From NCBI GenBank assembly GCA_030390025.1, contig CM059430.1, forward strand, positions 67,394,001 through 67,458,000: a stretch of 64,000 nucleotides of DNA. The letters run 5' to 3'. The translations under genes were made by a program, and so were the position numbers. Below, one piece after another: positions 31,201-43,400 of this stretch (position 1 is its first letter; each line of letters opens with the position of its first letter). This stretch comes from Squalus acanthias. Lineage: Eukaryota. A model generated the notes under the pieces. That model ran no database searches and was not told the origin of the DNA. It was given only the letters and a program-made list of their open reading frames with translations.

Positions 31201-34200
31201 CACAGTGAGTGTGGTCTGGAGATTACACTACCCACACAACACAGTGAGTGATTGCGGGCTGGAGATTAGACTACCCACCCAACGCAGTGAGTGAGTGCGG
31301 GCTGGAGATTACACTACCCACCCAACACAGTGAGTGCAGGCTGGAGATTACACTACCCACGCAACACAGTGAGTGTGGGCTGGAGATTACACTACCCACC
31401 CAACACAGTGAGTGAGTGTGGGCTGGAGATTACACTACCCACCCAACACAGTGCATGAGTGCGGGCTGGTGATTACAATACCTGCCCAACACAGTGATTG
31501 AGTGCGGGCTGAAGTTTACACTACCGACCCAACACAGTGAGTGTAGGTTGGAGATTACACTACCCACAAAACACATTCAGTCAGTGCTGGCTGGAGATTA
31601 CACTACCCACACAAAACAGTGAGTGAGTGAAGGCTGGAGATTACACTACCCACCCAACACAGTGAGTGAGTGTAGGCTGGTGATTACACTACCCACCCAA
31701 CACAGTGAGTGAGTGCGGGCAGGAGATTAAACTACCCACCCAACGCAGTGAGTGAGTGCGGGCTGGAGATTACACTACCCACCCAACACAGTGAGCGTGG
31801 GGTGGTGAATACACTACCCACCCAACACAGTGAGTGTAGGCTGGAGATTACACTACCCACGCAACACAGTGAGTGAGTGTGGGCTGCAGATTACACTACC
31901 CACCCAACACAGTGCGTGAGTGCGGGCTGGTGATTACACTACCCACAAAATACATTCAGTCAGTGCGGGCTGGAGATTACACTACCCACACAAAACAGTG
32001 AGTGAGTGCGGGCTGGAGATTACACTACCCGCCCAACACAGTGACTGTGGGCTGGAGATTACACTACCCACCCAACACAGTGAGTGTAGGCTGGAGATTA
32101 CACTACCCACGCAAAACAGTGAGTGCGGGCTGGTGATTACACTACCGACCCAACACAGTGAGTGTGGGCTGGAGATTACACTACCCACCCAACACAGTGA
32201 GTGTGTGCGGGCTGGAGATTCCACTACCCACCCAACACAGTGAGTGCGTGTGGGCTGGAGATTACACTACCCACCCAACACAGTGAGTGAGTGCGGGCTG
32301 GAGATTACGCTACCCACAAAACACAGTGAGCGCGGGCTGGAGATTACACTACCCACCCAACACAGTGAGGGTGGGCTGGAGATTACACTGAGCACCCAAC
32401 AGATTCAGTTCGTGCGGGCTGGATATTACACTACCACAGAAAACAGTGAGTGATTGTGGGCTGGAGATTACACTAACCACCCAACACAGTGAGTGTAGGC
32501 TGGAGATTACACTACCCACGCAACACAGTGAGTGTGGGCTGGAGATTACACTACCCACCCAACACAGTCAGTGAGTGTGGGCTGGAGATTACACTACCCA
32601 CCCAACACAGTGCATGAGTGCGGGCTGGTGATTACACTACCCACACAAAACAGTGAGTGAGTGCAGGCTGGAGATTACATTACCCACCCAACACAGTGAG
32701 TGTGGGCTGGTGATTACACTACCCACCCAACAGAGTGAGTGAGAGCGGGCTGGGGATTACACAACCCACCCAACACAGTGAGTGAGTGCTGGCTGGAGAT
32801 TACACTACCCACCCAACACAGTGAGTGAGTGCAGCTTGAGATTAGACTACCCACAAAACACAGTGAGCGCGGGCTGGAGATTACACTACCCACCAAACGC
32901 AGTGAGTGAGACTGGGCTGGAGAGTACACGACCCACCCAACACAGTGAGAGAGTGTGGGCTGGAGATTACAGTACCCACCCAACACAGTGAGTGAGTTTG
33001 GGCTGGAGATCACACTGCCCACCCAACACATTCAGTCAGTGCGGGCTGGAGATTACACTACCGACCCAACACAGTGAATGTGGGCTGGAGATTTCACTAC
33101 CCACCCAACACAGGGAGAGAGTGCGGTCTGGAGATTACACAACCCACCCAAAACAGTGAGTATGTGCTGGCTGGAGATTAAACTAACCACGCAACAGAGT
33201 GAGTCTGGACTGGAGATTACACTCCCCGCCCAACACAGTAAGTGCGGGCTGGAGATTACACTACCCACCCAACACAGTGAGTGAGTGCGGGCTGGAGATT
33301 ACACTACCCACCCAACACAGTGAGCGTGGGGTGGACATTACACTACCCACCCAACACAGTGAGTGTAGGCTGGAGATTACACTACTCACGCAACACAGTG
33401 AGTGTGGGCTGGAGATTACACTACCCACCCAACACAGTGATTGACTGCAGGTTGGAGATTCCACTACCCACAAAACACAGTGAGCGCGGGCTGGAGATTA
33501 CACTACCCACCAAACACAGTGAGTGAATGCGGGCTGGTGATTACACTACCCACACAAAACAATGAGCGAGTGCAGGCTGGAGATTACACAATCCACCCAA
33601 CACAGTGAGTGTGGGCTGGAGATTACACTGCCCACACAACAGACTCAGTGTGGGCTGGAGATTACACTACCCACCCAACACAGTCAGTGAGTGCGGGTTG
33701 GAGATAAAACTACCGACCCAACACAGCGAATGTGTGCTGGAGATTTCACTACCCACCCAACAGTGAGTGAGTGTGGTCTGGAGATTGCACTACCCACCCA
33801 ACACAGTGCGTGAGTGCAGGTTGGAGATTCCACTACCCACAAAACACAGTGAGCGCGGGCTGGAGATTACACTACCCACCAAACACAGTGAGTGATTGCG
33901 GGCTGGAGATTACACTACCCACCCAACACAGTGAGCGTGGGGTGGTGATTACACTACCCACCCAACACAGTGAGTGTAGGCTGGAGATTACACTACCCAC
34001 GCAACACAGTGAGTGAGTGTGGGCTGGAGATTACACTACCCACCCTTCACAGTGCGTGAATGCGGGCTGGTGATTACACTACCCACACAAAACAATGAGC
34101 GAGTGCAGGCTGGAGATTACACAATCCACCCAACACAGTGAGTGTGGGCTGGAGATTACACTGCCCACACAACAGACTCAGTGTGGGCTGGAGATTACGC

Positions 34201-35373
34201 TATCCACCCAACACAGTGAGTGTGGGCTGGAGATTACACTACCCACCCAACACAGTGAGTGAGTGAGTGCGGCCTGGAGATTACACTACCCAACCAACAC
34301 AGTGAGTGAGTGTGGGCTGGAGATTACACTACCCACCCAACACAGTGAGTGTGTGCGGGCTGGAGATTACACTAGCCACCCAACATAGTGATTGAGTGCG
34401 GGCTGGAGATTACACTACCCACCCAACACAGTGAGTGTGTGCGGGCTGGAGATTACACTAGCCACCCAACATAGTGATTGAGTGCGGGCTGGTGATTACA
34501 CTACCGACCCAACACAGTGAGTGTGGGCTGGAGATTGCACTACCCACCCGACACAGTGAGTGTGGGCTGGTGATCACACTACCCACCCGACACAGTGAGT
34601 GTGGGCTGGAGATTACGCTATCCACCCAACACACTGAGTGTGTGCTGGAGATTACACTGCCCACACAACAGACTCAGTGAGTGCGGGCTGGAGATTAGAC
34701 TACCCACCCAACACAGTGCGTGAGTGCGGGTTGGAGATTACACTACCCACCCAACACAGTGAGTGAGTGCGGCCTGGAGATTACACTACCCAACCAACAC
34801 AGTGAGTGAGTGTGGGCTGGAGATTACACTACCCACCCAACACAGTGAGTGTGTGCGGGCTGGAGATTACACTAGCCACCCAACATAGTGATTGAGTGCG
34901 GGCTGGTGATTACACTACCGGCCCAACACAGTGAGTGTGGGCTGGAGATTGCACTACCCACCCGAGACAGTGAGTGTGGGCTGGAGATTACACTACCCAC
35001 CCAACACATGCAGTCAGTGCGGGCTGGAGATTCCACTACCCACACAAAACAGTGAGCGAGTGCGGGCTGGAGATTACACAATCCACCTAACACAGTGAGT
35101 TTGGGCTGGTGATCACATTACCCACCCGACACAGTGAGTGTGGGCTGGAGATTACGCTATCCACCCAACACACTGACTGTGGGCTGGAGATTACACTGCC
35201 CACACAACAGACTCAGTGTGGGCTGAAGATTACACTACCCACCCAACACAGTGAGTGTGGGCTGGAGATGACACTGCCCACCCAACACAGTGAGTGTGGG
35301 CTGGAGATTGCACTACCCACCCAACACAGTGAGTGAGTGCGGGCTGGAGATTACACTACCCACCCAACACAGT
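16286..35373. repeat. Tandem satellite, 39/43-bp monomer, right block
   Basis: Same monomer, more heterogeneous, with local duplications (e.g. 23395/24925, 29545/30873, 30635/31920). It ends abruptly at ...CCCAACACAGT|CTACAGG. Confidence 0.98.
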
Positions 35374-35721
35374 CTACAGGATGCACTGCAGCAACTCACC
35401 AAGGCTTCTTCGGCAGCACCTCCCAAACCCGTGACCACCAACACCAAAAAAGGCAGCAGGTTTATGGGACACCATGATCTCCTAGTTCTGCTCCAAGTCA
35501 CATTCACTCCTGAATTGAAAATACATCTCTGTTCCTCAAGGTCGCTGTGTTAAATATCTTGAATTCCCTACCTAACAATATTGTGGAAGTACGTTCATCC
35601 CAATTCTGGACTACAATGCTTCAAGAAGAACGCCCATCCCCACCTACTCAAGTCCAACTAGGGATGGGCAAGAACTGCTGGCCTTCCTAACGAAGCCGAT
35701 ACCCCAAAGAATAATATAAAA
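35374..35721 (+). mobile_element. 3' end fragment of an old non-LTR retrotransposon (LINE)
   Basis: Degenerate ORF2 C-terminus (YRMHCSNSPRLLRQHLPNP) and a tail TAGGGATGGGCAA..TGCTGGCCTT..A-rich. The same tail recurs inverted at 46826-46928. Family assignment is from recall. Confidence 0.75.
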
Positions 35722-36639
35722 ATATGTAAAGATGGAACTGCACCTGAAGGTCGTGGTGCTTGTCAGTTTTGAAAAAGTGTAGCTTATTAAGAAGAAACAG
35801 AACTGTTGTAATATCCACAAGTCCAGCAGAAGTGAACTAATGAAAAGGACATTAAACATATTATGCGATCCATTCTGTTTCGAGAGATAAACACAATGTG
35901 AGCTTCAAATGTTTCCCCTGAACCATGCTGGTCTTAATAAATAATATTCTTGTTTCCTGATATCAAATATTGCACATTACAATAAAAGTGTTTTTGTATT
36001 GCTCATCTTGAATTTCTTTCAATGTTCAGTGAAATTTAGATAATGGTTAATTATTCAATGAGAGACTTTGTTGGGGCGGGGAATCACGTGCTGAGCGCCA
36101 TAAGTTGGATTTTTTACTCACTCTTCAGCTCCAAATATTTTTTGCACAGCACATTGCTGGAAGTGCAAGCTAATAACGACGGGCCAACTTTAACTGGAGA
36201 TCTGGGAATTTGGTGAACGACGGGGTCAATAGTCTAAATCCTTAATTAATGAGATTTAAGGCTAGAGAATGAAACAGAGGGACAACGGCAAATGAAATAG
36301 GATGAATTAGAGTCTTATATAGATAAATAAAATTCAAGAGAGGGAGATAAAGATTGGATTGAGAAAAAAGAGGGAAATGAAAAGTAAGAAAAAATACAAG
36401 AATTTATGTTTCAAAATCATCCAGGAACAATTTACTACCTGCGCCTTATTGTTGCTTGGAAAATTTACTAAAGCACACTTTTGTCAGATTGTATTTTAAA
36501 GTGATGTTAAAATAAGAGTAGTTTGAGCCCTTAGAGAATGTAATGACAACCGCAAAGTCCGGGCCAACTAGTTCAACAATTTCAGATTATAACCACTGCT
36601 CCCACTTTGTTGGACAGCAGCTGCTGGCAATCATTCTGC

Positions 36640-36984
36640 TTCTGTAATGTTCTGCTCCTCTCAACTCACCTTTTGTTTATTTACTTGTCCATTGCCACGC
36701 CCTTTTGCATTGCACCATCATCACTTTTGTTGTTTAATCCTTCCTGTCTTCCACCCTACTGCAGAACTTCCCTTTTGTTCATTTCTCCCACCCCCTTTTC
36801 CCTAAATCTGTACTTACTTAAGACCTGTTACATCTCCAAGTTTTTCCAGTTCTGATGAAAGGTCATCGACCGGAAACGTTAAATCTGTTTGTCTCTCCAA
36901 AGATGCTGCCTGACCTGCTGTGTATTTCCATCATTTTCTGTTTTTTTGTTCTAGATTTCCAGCATCAGCAGTATTTTGCTTTTG
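36640..36984 (+). mobile_element. Penelope-like element terminal (pLTR) fragment
   Basis: Pyrimidine-rich stretch followed by CTGATGAAAGGTC..GACC.GAAACGTTAA..AGATGCTGCCTGACCTGCTG..TTTCCAGCATC.GCAGTATTTTGCTTTT, the pattern I recall for elasmobranch Penelope ends. Confidence 0.7.
36848..36884 (+). ncRNA. Minimal type I hammerhead ribozyme motif (degenerate)
   Basis: CTGATGA (36852-58), stem II GGTC-atc-GACC (36861-71), GAAAC-GTT (36873-80). Stem I AGTT/AAAT has one mismatch. Confidence 0.55.
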
Positions 36985-36999
36985 AAGCTCTCTTGTTCC

Positions 37000-37394
37000 T
37001 ATTGACGTCAGTTTGCACCTAGTCGCAAATGCTTCTCCTGATGCGACCTCCCCTTTATTTTGCCACAGCAAATTAATTTCTGCAACAGCATCCAGTTTTC
37101 GTCCTCATATTCACTTCCGCCCAAAAGCTGAACGGCTGTCAGCGGAAGCGCACTAATTAGTAAATAACTGTTTCTTATCCCGTAAATTATTTGGTTGAGC
37201 TGCGGAGATACTGGGTCGTCGGAGTGGAATACGCGATGCACCTCCGACCGAATGGGGCTTCGGCAAACCTCACCCTACGCACTTCAATAAGCGCGTCATT
37301 TGACAGCTCCGATGCTGCCTTTTGATATTGCGTGTCATTTTATGACAGATTATGCACAAACCATTTTTTTTCAAATGACCGTGTTTATTCACAG
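37000..37394 (+). promoter_or_regulatory. Candidate promoter/5' region of the IgSF gene
   Basis: Locally CpG-rich relative to flanks, with opposed ETS cores ACTTCCG (37113-19) and CGGAAG (37143-48). A possible acceptor TTTATTCACAG ending at 37394 suggests an upstream non-coding exon. Confidence 0.3.
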
Positions 37395-37421
37395 CAAAGA
37401 CAGCGATCTGTATTGTTCAAT

Positions 37422-37476
37422 ATGTCTGTGCGCGCTGTAGTTCTGGTCATATGGGTCTTCGGGATTATTTACACAG
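37422..37476 (+). CDS. Exon 1: signal peptide MSVRAVVLVIWVFGIIYT
   Basis: ATG at 37422, hydrophobic core, phase-1 donor AG|GTATTT, in frame with the V exon. Confidence 0.85.
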
Positions 37477-40400
37477 GTATTTTCTGCTCTTTCTCTGTTT
37501 TTCTCTGCTCTCCCTCTTCTACTTTGTACATCCTGTTAATTGTATCTCCCTCATTCCAAGTTCGAGTTGTCTTTAAAATTATAGTTTTGTTTCCTGACAG
37601 TTGATATTGACGCTCAGTTCCGAGTCTCCCAAGCTCCTGAAAGCAGGAGCTTGCTCTTGGGTTCAAACATCACCTTCTATTGTACATTCCCCATTTTTCA
37701 AAATAACTCTGATGTGAGTGTTTATTGGTGGAAACTTGGCGAAAATAAATTTCTGCAAACAGCCTCCGACAACAGGAAAACATTTATCCTTTTTAAACAA
37801 GGGGGAGCCTCCTTTCATCTCCTGAATATCAGTGCGTGGGACTCTGGGGTCTATTACTGCGGAGTGAGAAACCTGGGAAGCAGGATTGTAAACGGAACAG
37901 GCTCAACGATCAAAGTCTCCGGTGAGTGAAACTGTGGAGCCGAATGAGTTGCAACACAGCGATGCGTGGTGTTCTTGTTAGAATATTAGACTAATGATGC
38001 TTCACCAAACTACACATTCAATCCATGCTACTTAATGTTAAAGCATAGTTTAACTGAAGCGGCCCCTTGAATTATATGTATTCCCTTTTTTACTGTGTTA
38101 TATACTCACTTGTATCACCGATTGATTGAGTAACTTTATTGATGCCAAAGTGTGAAAGAAGAAGTTTGCTCCAAACGCATGCTAACAGTGTTGCTACAAT
38201 AATTTTAAATCGTTTATCCAGCTCTTAGATCGATACGCCTTGATTTACTTTAATGCGCCCTATACAGTTCTAATATCTGCTCCTAATGTATCTTGAGCAC
38301 CAATAGTTTTCATATCTCTTTCCAAATTTATATAAGAATATAATATAAAATTGTTCGATTCTGCTTCTTCCCCCGTCAGTAAATATTTACTCAATTATTT
38401 GACTAAAAACGCGGGGGACAACATTTTGTAATGATAGTGCTGCGCTGTCTCGTTTGTTTCAATCTCTTATTCAAATATGAATTCTGCATACAAACACATT
38501 TTAAAAACACACCGAGCACTTTCAATTGCGAATTGTTAATGTGACTTCCAATACACCTTCCATATTATCAGTGCGCTATTCCCGTGTTATATTTCGGAAT
38601 TAACACAGCAGTATCCAGGTAACCCACATTTGCTCAGACTGAAATTTACTAAAACATAACATATGGTCTACAATGTTTTCTTTCAATATATTTATGTTCC
38701 CAAACTACAAATCAGCCGTCTTAGATGATGATCTGTTTCAAATTCTGCAAAACAAATCTCTTCGCTTTTTAAAAAAAAATGTTGCCGAATAAGAATTTGT
38801 GCATTTCACAAAACCTTTTTAACTGACACAAAACTAGAGTTGTTTAGCTTGAAATAAAAATAGTTTTTTTTGGAGGGGGACAGGATTAGATTTCAAGGTT
38901 CGCTCTGCAGTATGTTTTGTCCTATTAAATACTAACCTATTTTTCTGATGCTTTAAAATTTTGAATTGGCGGTTTATTGACAAAAATCTAACTTCAAAAG
39001 TTAAAGAATGATACAGCACAGAAGCAGAACATTTTGCCCATCGTGCCTGCGCCGGCTCTTTGAAAGAGCTATCTGAAGGCTCAATCCCCTGCTCTTTCCC
39101 CATAGCCCTGCAATATATTGCTAGAAACTGCCATAGAAGTAAAACAATCAATTATTTCCGAAATATTTGGGTTAATTAATTTTTAGATAACATTTCGCTG
39201 CAGTCATTCAAAACTAAGATACATTAATAACATCCTATTGAAGGGCTCCAAATAAAGAGAAAATAATTTATAAATTCACGAATAAAATAGAGCAAATGCT
39301 ATTTCTTACCCTTTTTTTCTACAGTTCCCCCAACTCCGCTGACGATTTTCTCCAAAGTACCTGAATTAAACTCCTCTGCTCTGAATCTCGTGTGTGAAAC
39401 GGGAGAGTTTTATCCGGGGACTCTCAACCTCACTTGGTATAAAGATGGAATTGCGATTGTAATCGGCATAGAGACAAGTACAAAGTTGAACATGAACGGA
39501 CTGTATGAAGCTTCCAGCCTGTTGAAGGAGGCACAGTCTGTCCGGAGCGGGGCTGTTTACACTTGTCAAGTGTCTCACCTGACACTGACGGATCCAGCTA
39601 GTGAGAGATTCATTGTTCCGACTTCTAACCGGGGTAAGGTGCCGACATTCTCACGAACACCATGAAATGTAGTTAAATAAGTGTACATTTACGGTGCAAG
39701 TTTAGCGTCGTTAGGAAGGCACTTCAATTAGCACCAGAGGCAAACATGTAGTGTAGATCCGCGTCAGGACCCGACTCCGAGCGAAGCGGAGTGAAACTCA
39801 TTGGAGCGGGTAGTCGCTCACTGCTTAATTTTGACTCCACACGGAGCATAAATACTGTATAATGTAATTAAGTATGTGGTATGTGGCAAATATACTTTCA
39901 ATGCAGAAACTGTAGGACATTTTTTTAAATAATTTATTTCCGGAAACTGCTAAAATATCTGCGATTCTCAATCTTCTGATGGCATGGAATGTGAAATTCA
40001 GCCTGGTGGCTGCGATAGGATGCTTGTCACTTCTCTAAATACATTTTATTATGTTTCGCCTCCACCTTAAGCGATCTTACTTTCTAACATTATTTAGTTT
40101 CTTTGCATCAACCTCGATTATCCCCGGGATTTATTCTTACTTTCTAATCCCAGGACTCTGCTAACATTGCAACTGACCATTGCGCCTTGCTGTGAAACCA
40201 GTTTAGAGGTGAATATTTGATCCTATGGCCAACTGTAGACAGGACTGAACATTATTACAGTTGCAAACTAAATGTTCTATGTACTTGACATTAATCAATA
40301 AATAGTAGGAGCTTGCAACAAAGGTAATGCAATTATCTTGGCGGACTTTAATCTTCATATAGACTGGACAAATTAAATTGGCAAAGGTAGTCTGGAGGAC

Positions 40401-43400
40401 GTGTTCATGGAATGCATACTGGACAGTTTGCTAGAACAATATGTCATGGAACGAATCAGGGAACAGGCTATTTTATATCATGTATTGTGAAATGAGACAG
40501 GGTTAATTAGCAATCTCACAGTAAAGGATCCTCTGGGGCAGTGTGATCATAATATGATAGAATTTTACATTAATTTTGAGAGTGACTTGCCCAAGTCCGA
40601 AACTAGAGTTTTAAACTTAAATAAAGCCAATTAGATAGTTATAAGGGGCGAGTTGGCTAAGGTAGATTGGAAAAATAGATTAAACGGTATGGCAGTAGAT
40701 TAGCAGTGGCTAGCATTTAAAGAAATATTTCACATTTCTCAACAAAAATACATTCCATTGAGAAACAAAAACTCCACGGGTAAAGTGATCCAACCGTGGT
40801 TAACTAAAGAAGTTAAGCTTTGCACTAGATTGAAAGAAGAAGCTTATAATGTTGCAAAGAATAATAGTAAACCTGATGATTGGGAGAGTTTCAGAAACCA
40901 GCAAAGGTTGACCAAAAAATAGATAAAAAGAGAAAAAAATAGAATGAGAGAAAACTAGCAAGAAATATAAAAACAGATTTTATGTGTTTCTACAAGTATG
41001 TAAAAAGGAAAAGAGTAGCAAAAGTAAACGTTGGTGCCTTAAAGGCTGAGACAGGATAAATTATTATGGGGAATAAGGAAATAGCAGAAATGTAAAACAA
41101 ATATTTTGTATCTGTCTTCACAGTAGAAGACACAAAATGCATACCAAAAATGGTGGGGAACTTAATGTAATTAATATAAGTAGAGAAAAGGTACTAGAGA
41201 AACTAATGGGACTAAAAGCCGACAAATCTGCAGGAGCGGATGGCCTACATCCTCGGGTTCTAAAAGATGTGGCTGAAGAGATAGTGGATGCATTGGATTT
41301 GATTTTCAAAATTCCCTAGATTCTGAAATGGTCCCAGCGGATTTGGAAGCTCGCAAATATAACACTGCTATTTAAGAAAGGAGGGAGAGAAAAAAGCAGG
41401 GTACTACAGACCAGTTAGCCTGATATCAGTAGTCGGGAAAATGCTGGAATCCATTGTTAATGAAGTGGTATCAAGTCACTTCGGAAATCATAAAATGATT
41501 AGACAGCTTCCACATGGTTTTATGAAAGGGAAATCGTGTTTGACAAATTTATCAGCGTTTTTTCAGGATGTAACTGGCAGGGTAGATAAAGGTGAACTAG
41601 TGGATGTAATATATTTGGAATTCCAAAAGGCATTCGATAAAGTGCTACATAAAAGTTTATTACACAAGATTAGGGCTCATGGGGTTGGGGTAATTTAGAA
41701 GCTTGGATAGAGGATTGATTAACGGACAGAAAACAGAGAGTAGGGATAAACGGATATTTTTCATGTTGGCAGCCTGTAACTAGTGGGGTGCCGCAAGGAT
41801 CAGTGTTGGGGCCTCATCTGTTTACAATCTATATTAATGACCTAGATGAAGGGACCGGGTGTAATGTATCCAAGTTTGCTGATAATCCAAAACTAGGTGG
41901 GAAAGTAAGCTGTGAGGAGAACACAAATAGTTTTCAAAGGGATATAGATAGCCTAAGTGAGTGGGCAGTAAGGTGGCAGATGGAGGATAATGTAGGGAAA
42001 TATGATGTAATTCACTTTGGTAGAAAGAATAGAAAAACAGAATATTGTTTAAATGGTGAGAAACTTTCAAATGTTTGTGTTCAGAGAGATTTGGGTGTCC
42101 TCGTGCGAGAAATGCAGAAAGCTGGCATGCCGGTGCAGCAAGCAATAAGGAAGGTAAATGGCATGTTGGCCTTTATTGCAAGGGGGTTGGAGTATAAGAG
42201 TAACGAAGTCTTGCTATAATTCTACAGGGCCTTGGTGAGACCACACCTGGGGTACTGTGCACAGTTTTGGTCTCCTTATTGAAGGAAGGATATACTTGCC
42301 TTGGAGGCGGTGCAACGAAGGTTCACTAGATTCATTCCTGGGATGAGAGGGCTGTCCTATGATCAGAGATTGTGTTGAATGGGCCTAGACTCTCTGGAGT
42401 TTAGAAGAACGAGAGGTGATCTCATTGAAACATACAAGATTCCGAAGGGGATTGACAAGGTAGATGCTGAGAGGTTGTTTCCCCTGGCTGGAGTGTCCAG
42501 AACTCGGGGCCATAGTCTCAGGATATTGGGTAGGCCATTTAAGACTGAGATGAGGAAAAATTTCTTCACGCAGCGGGTTGTTAATCTTTGCAATTCTCTG
42601 CCCCAGAGGGCTATGAATGCTGTGTCTTTGAGTATATTCTAGGCTGAGATAGATTGATTTTTGGACTCAAGGTGAATCAAGGGATATGGAGATCGGGCGG
42701 AAATTGGAGTAGATATCGATGATTAGCCCTGATCTTATTGAATGGCAAAACCGGCCTATTCCTGCTCTTATTTCTTATGTTCTTATGTTCACACCACGTC
42801 ATTGCAGCACTGTCGAAAAGTGTCGCTTTAGTCAATAAATCATTTGATTGAAGAACAATATCCACATCTTACTGTTTTTGTCGCTATTTTATTTTATCTA
42901 ACAGGAGATAACAATACTTCCAACCACTTTCTCATTTACGGTTGTCGGGGGGGTGGATTTATATTTCTGCTGCTGGTGATCATCATTGGAGTCGCCGACA
43001 CTGTAAGGCAAAGAGAGGTAAGAAATTAGCCATTTGGTCACGTTATTTTAGATAGAGAGTGGGCACGGATAAGTAGCAATACTATAATTTAGTTATAAGC
43101 TGACAGCAATATATTATCAGGATCGTGAACGTCTTGAAATCTAGTTCTTCATATAATTAATTAATTCACCTTTATATTTTGCATCGTGGTGACATGATTA
43201 CAGTCTAATCGCTTTGCTTGGAGCTGCAGTTTGAGAAATGTAACTCTGTGGGCTGCGAACGTCAAACACGAAGGAGTAGATTCTCAACTTGTCATCTGGG
43301 TGTAAAGCTGGCCGCCCTTTATTGAAACTGTCCGATTTTCAGCAGCATTCTTCTCAAATTGAAATTCCACGCGTTAGATTAAGATTACCGCTGGACTCCT

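Noticed and set aside
1-35373. Numerous ORFs with 13-aa repeats as a repetitive protein gene
   Set aside because: They are translations of the satellite, broken by each 43-bp monomer, mostly with non-ATG starts and no unique domain.
1-35373. CRISPR array
   Set aside because: No unique spacers, no cas genes, and a vertebrate context.
1-35373. Immunoglobulin class-switch region (GGGCT pentamers, RGYW hotspots)
   Set aside because: AGCT is rare, the sense strand is not G-rich, and no IgH constant exons are present in the window.
36063-36570. Possible decayed DNA-transposon fragment
   Set aside because: It looks repeat-like, but I could not define TIRs, a TSD or a family.
37601-39633. Rearranging Ig light chain or TCR locus
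   Set aside because: V and J are in one exon with no RSS, and a TM plus ITIM tail follows; neither IgL nor TCR has this layout.
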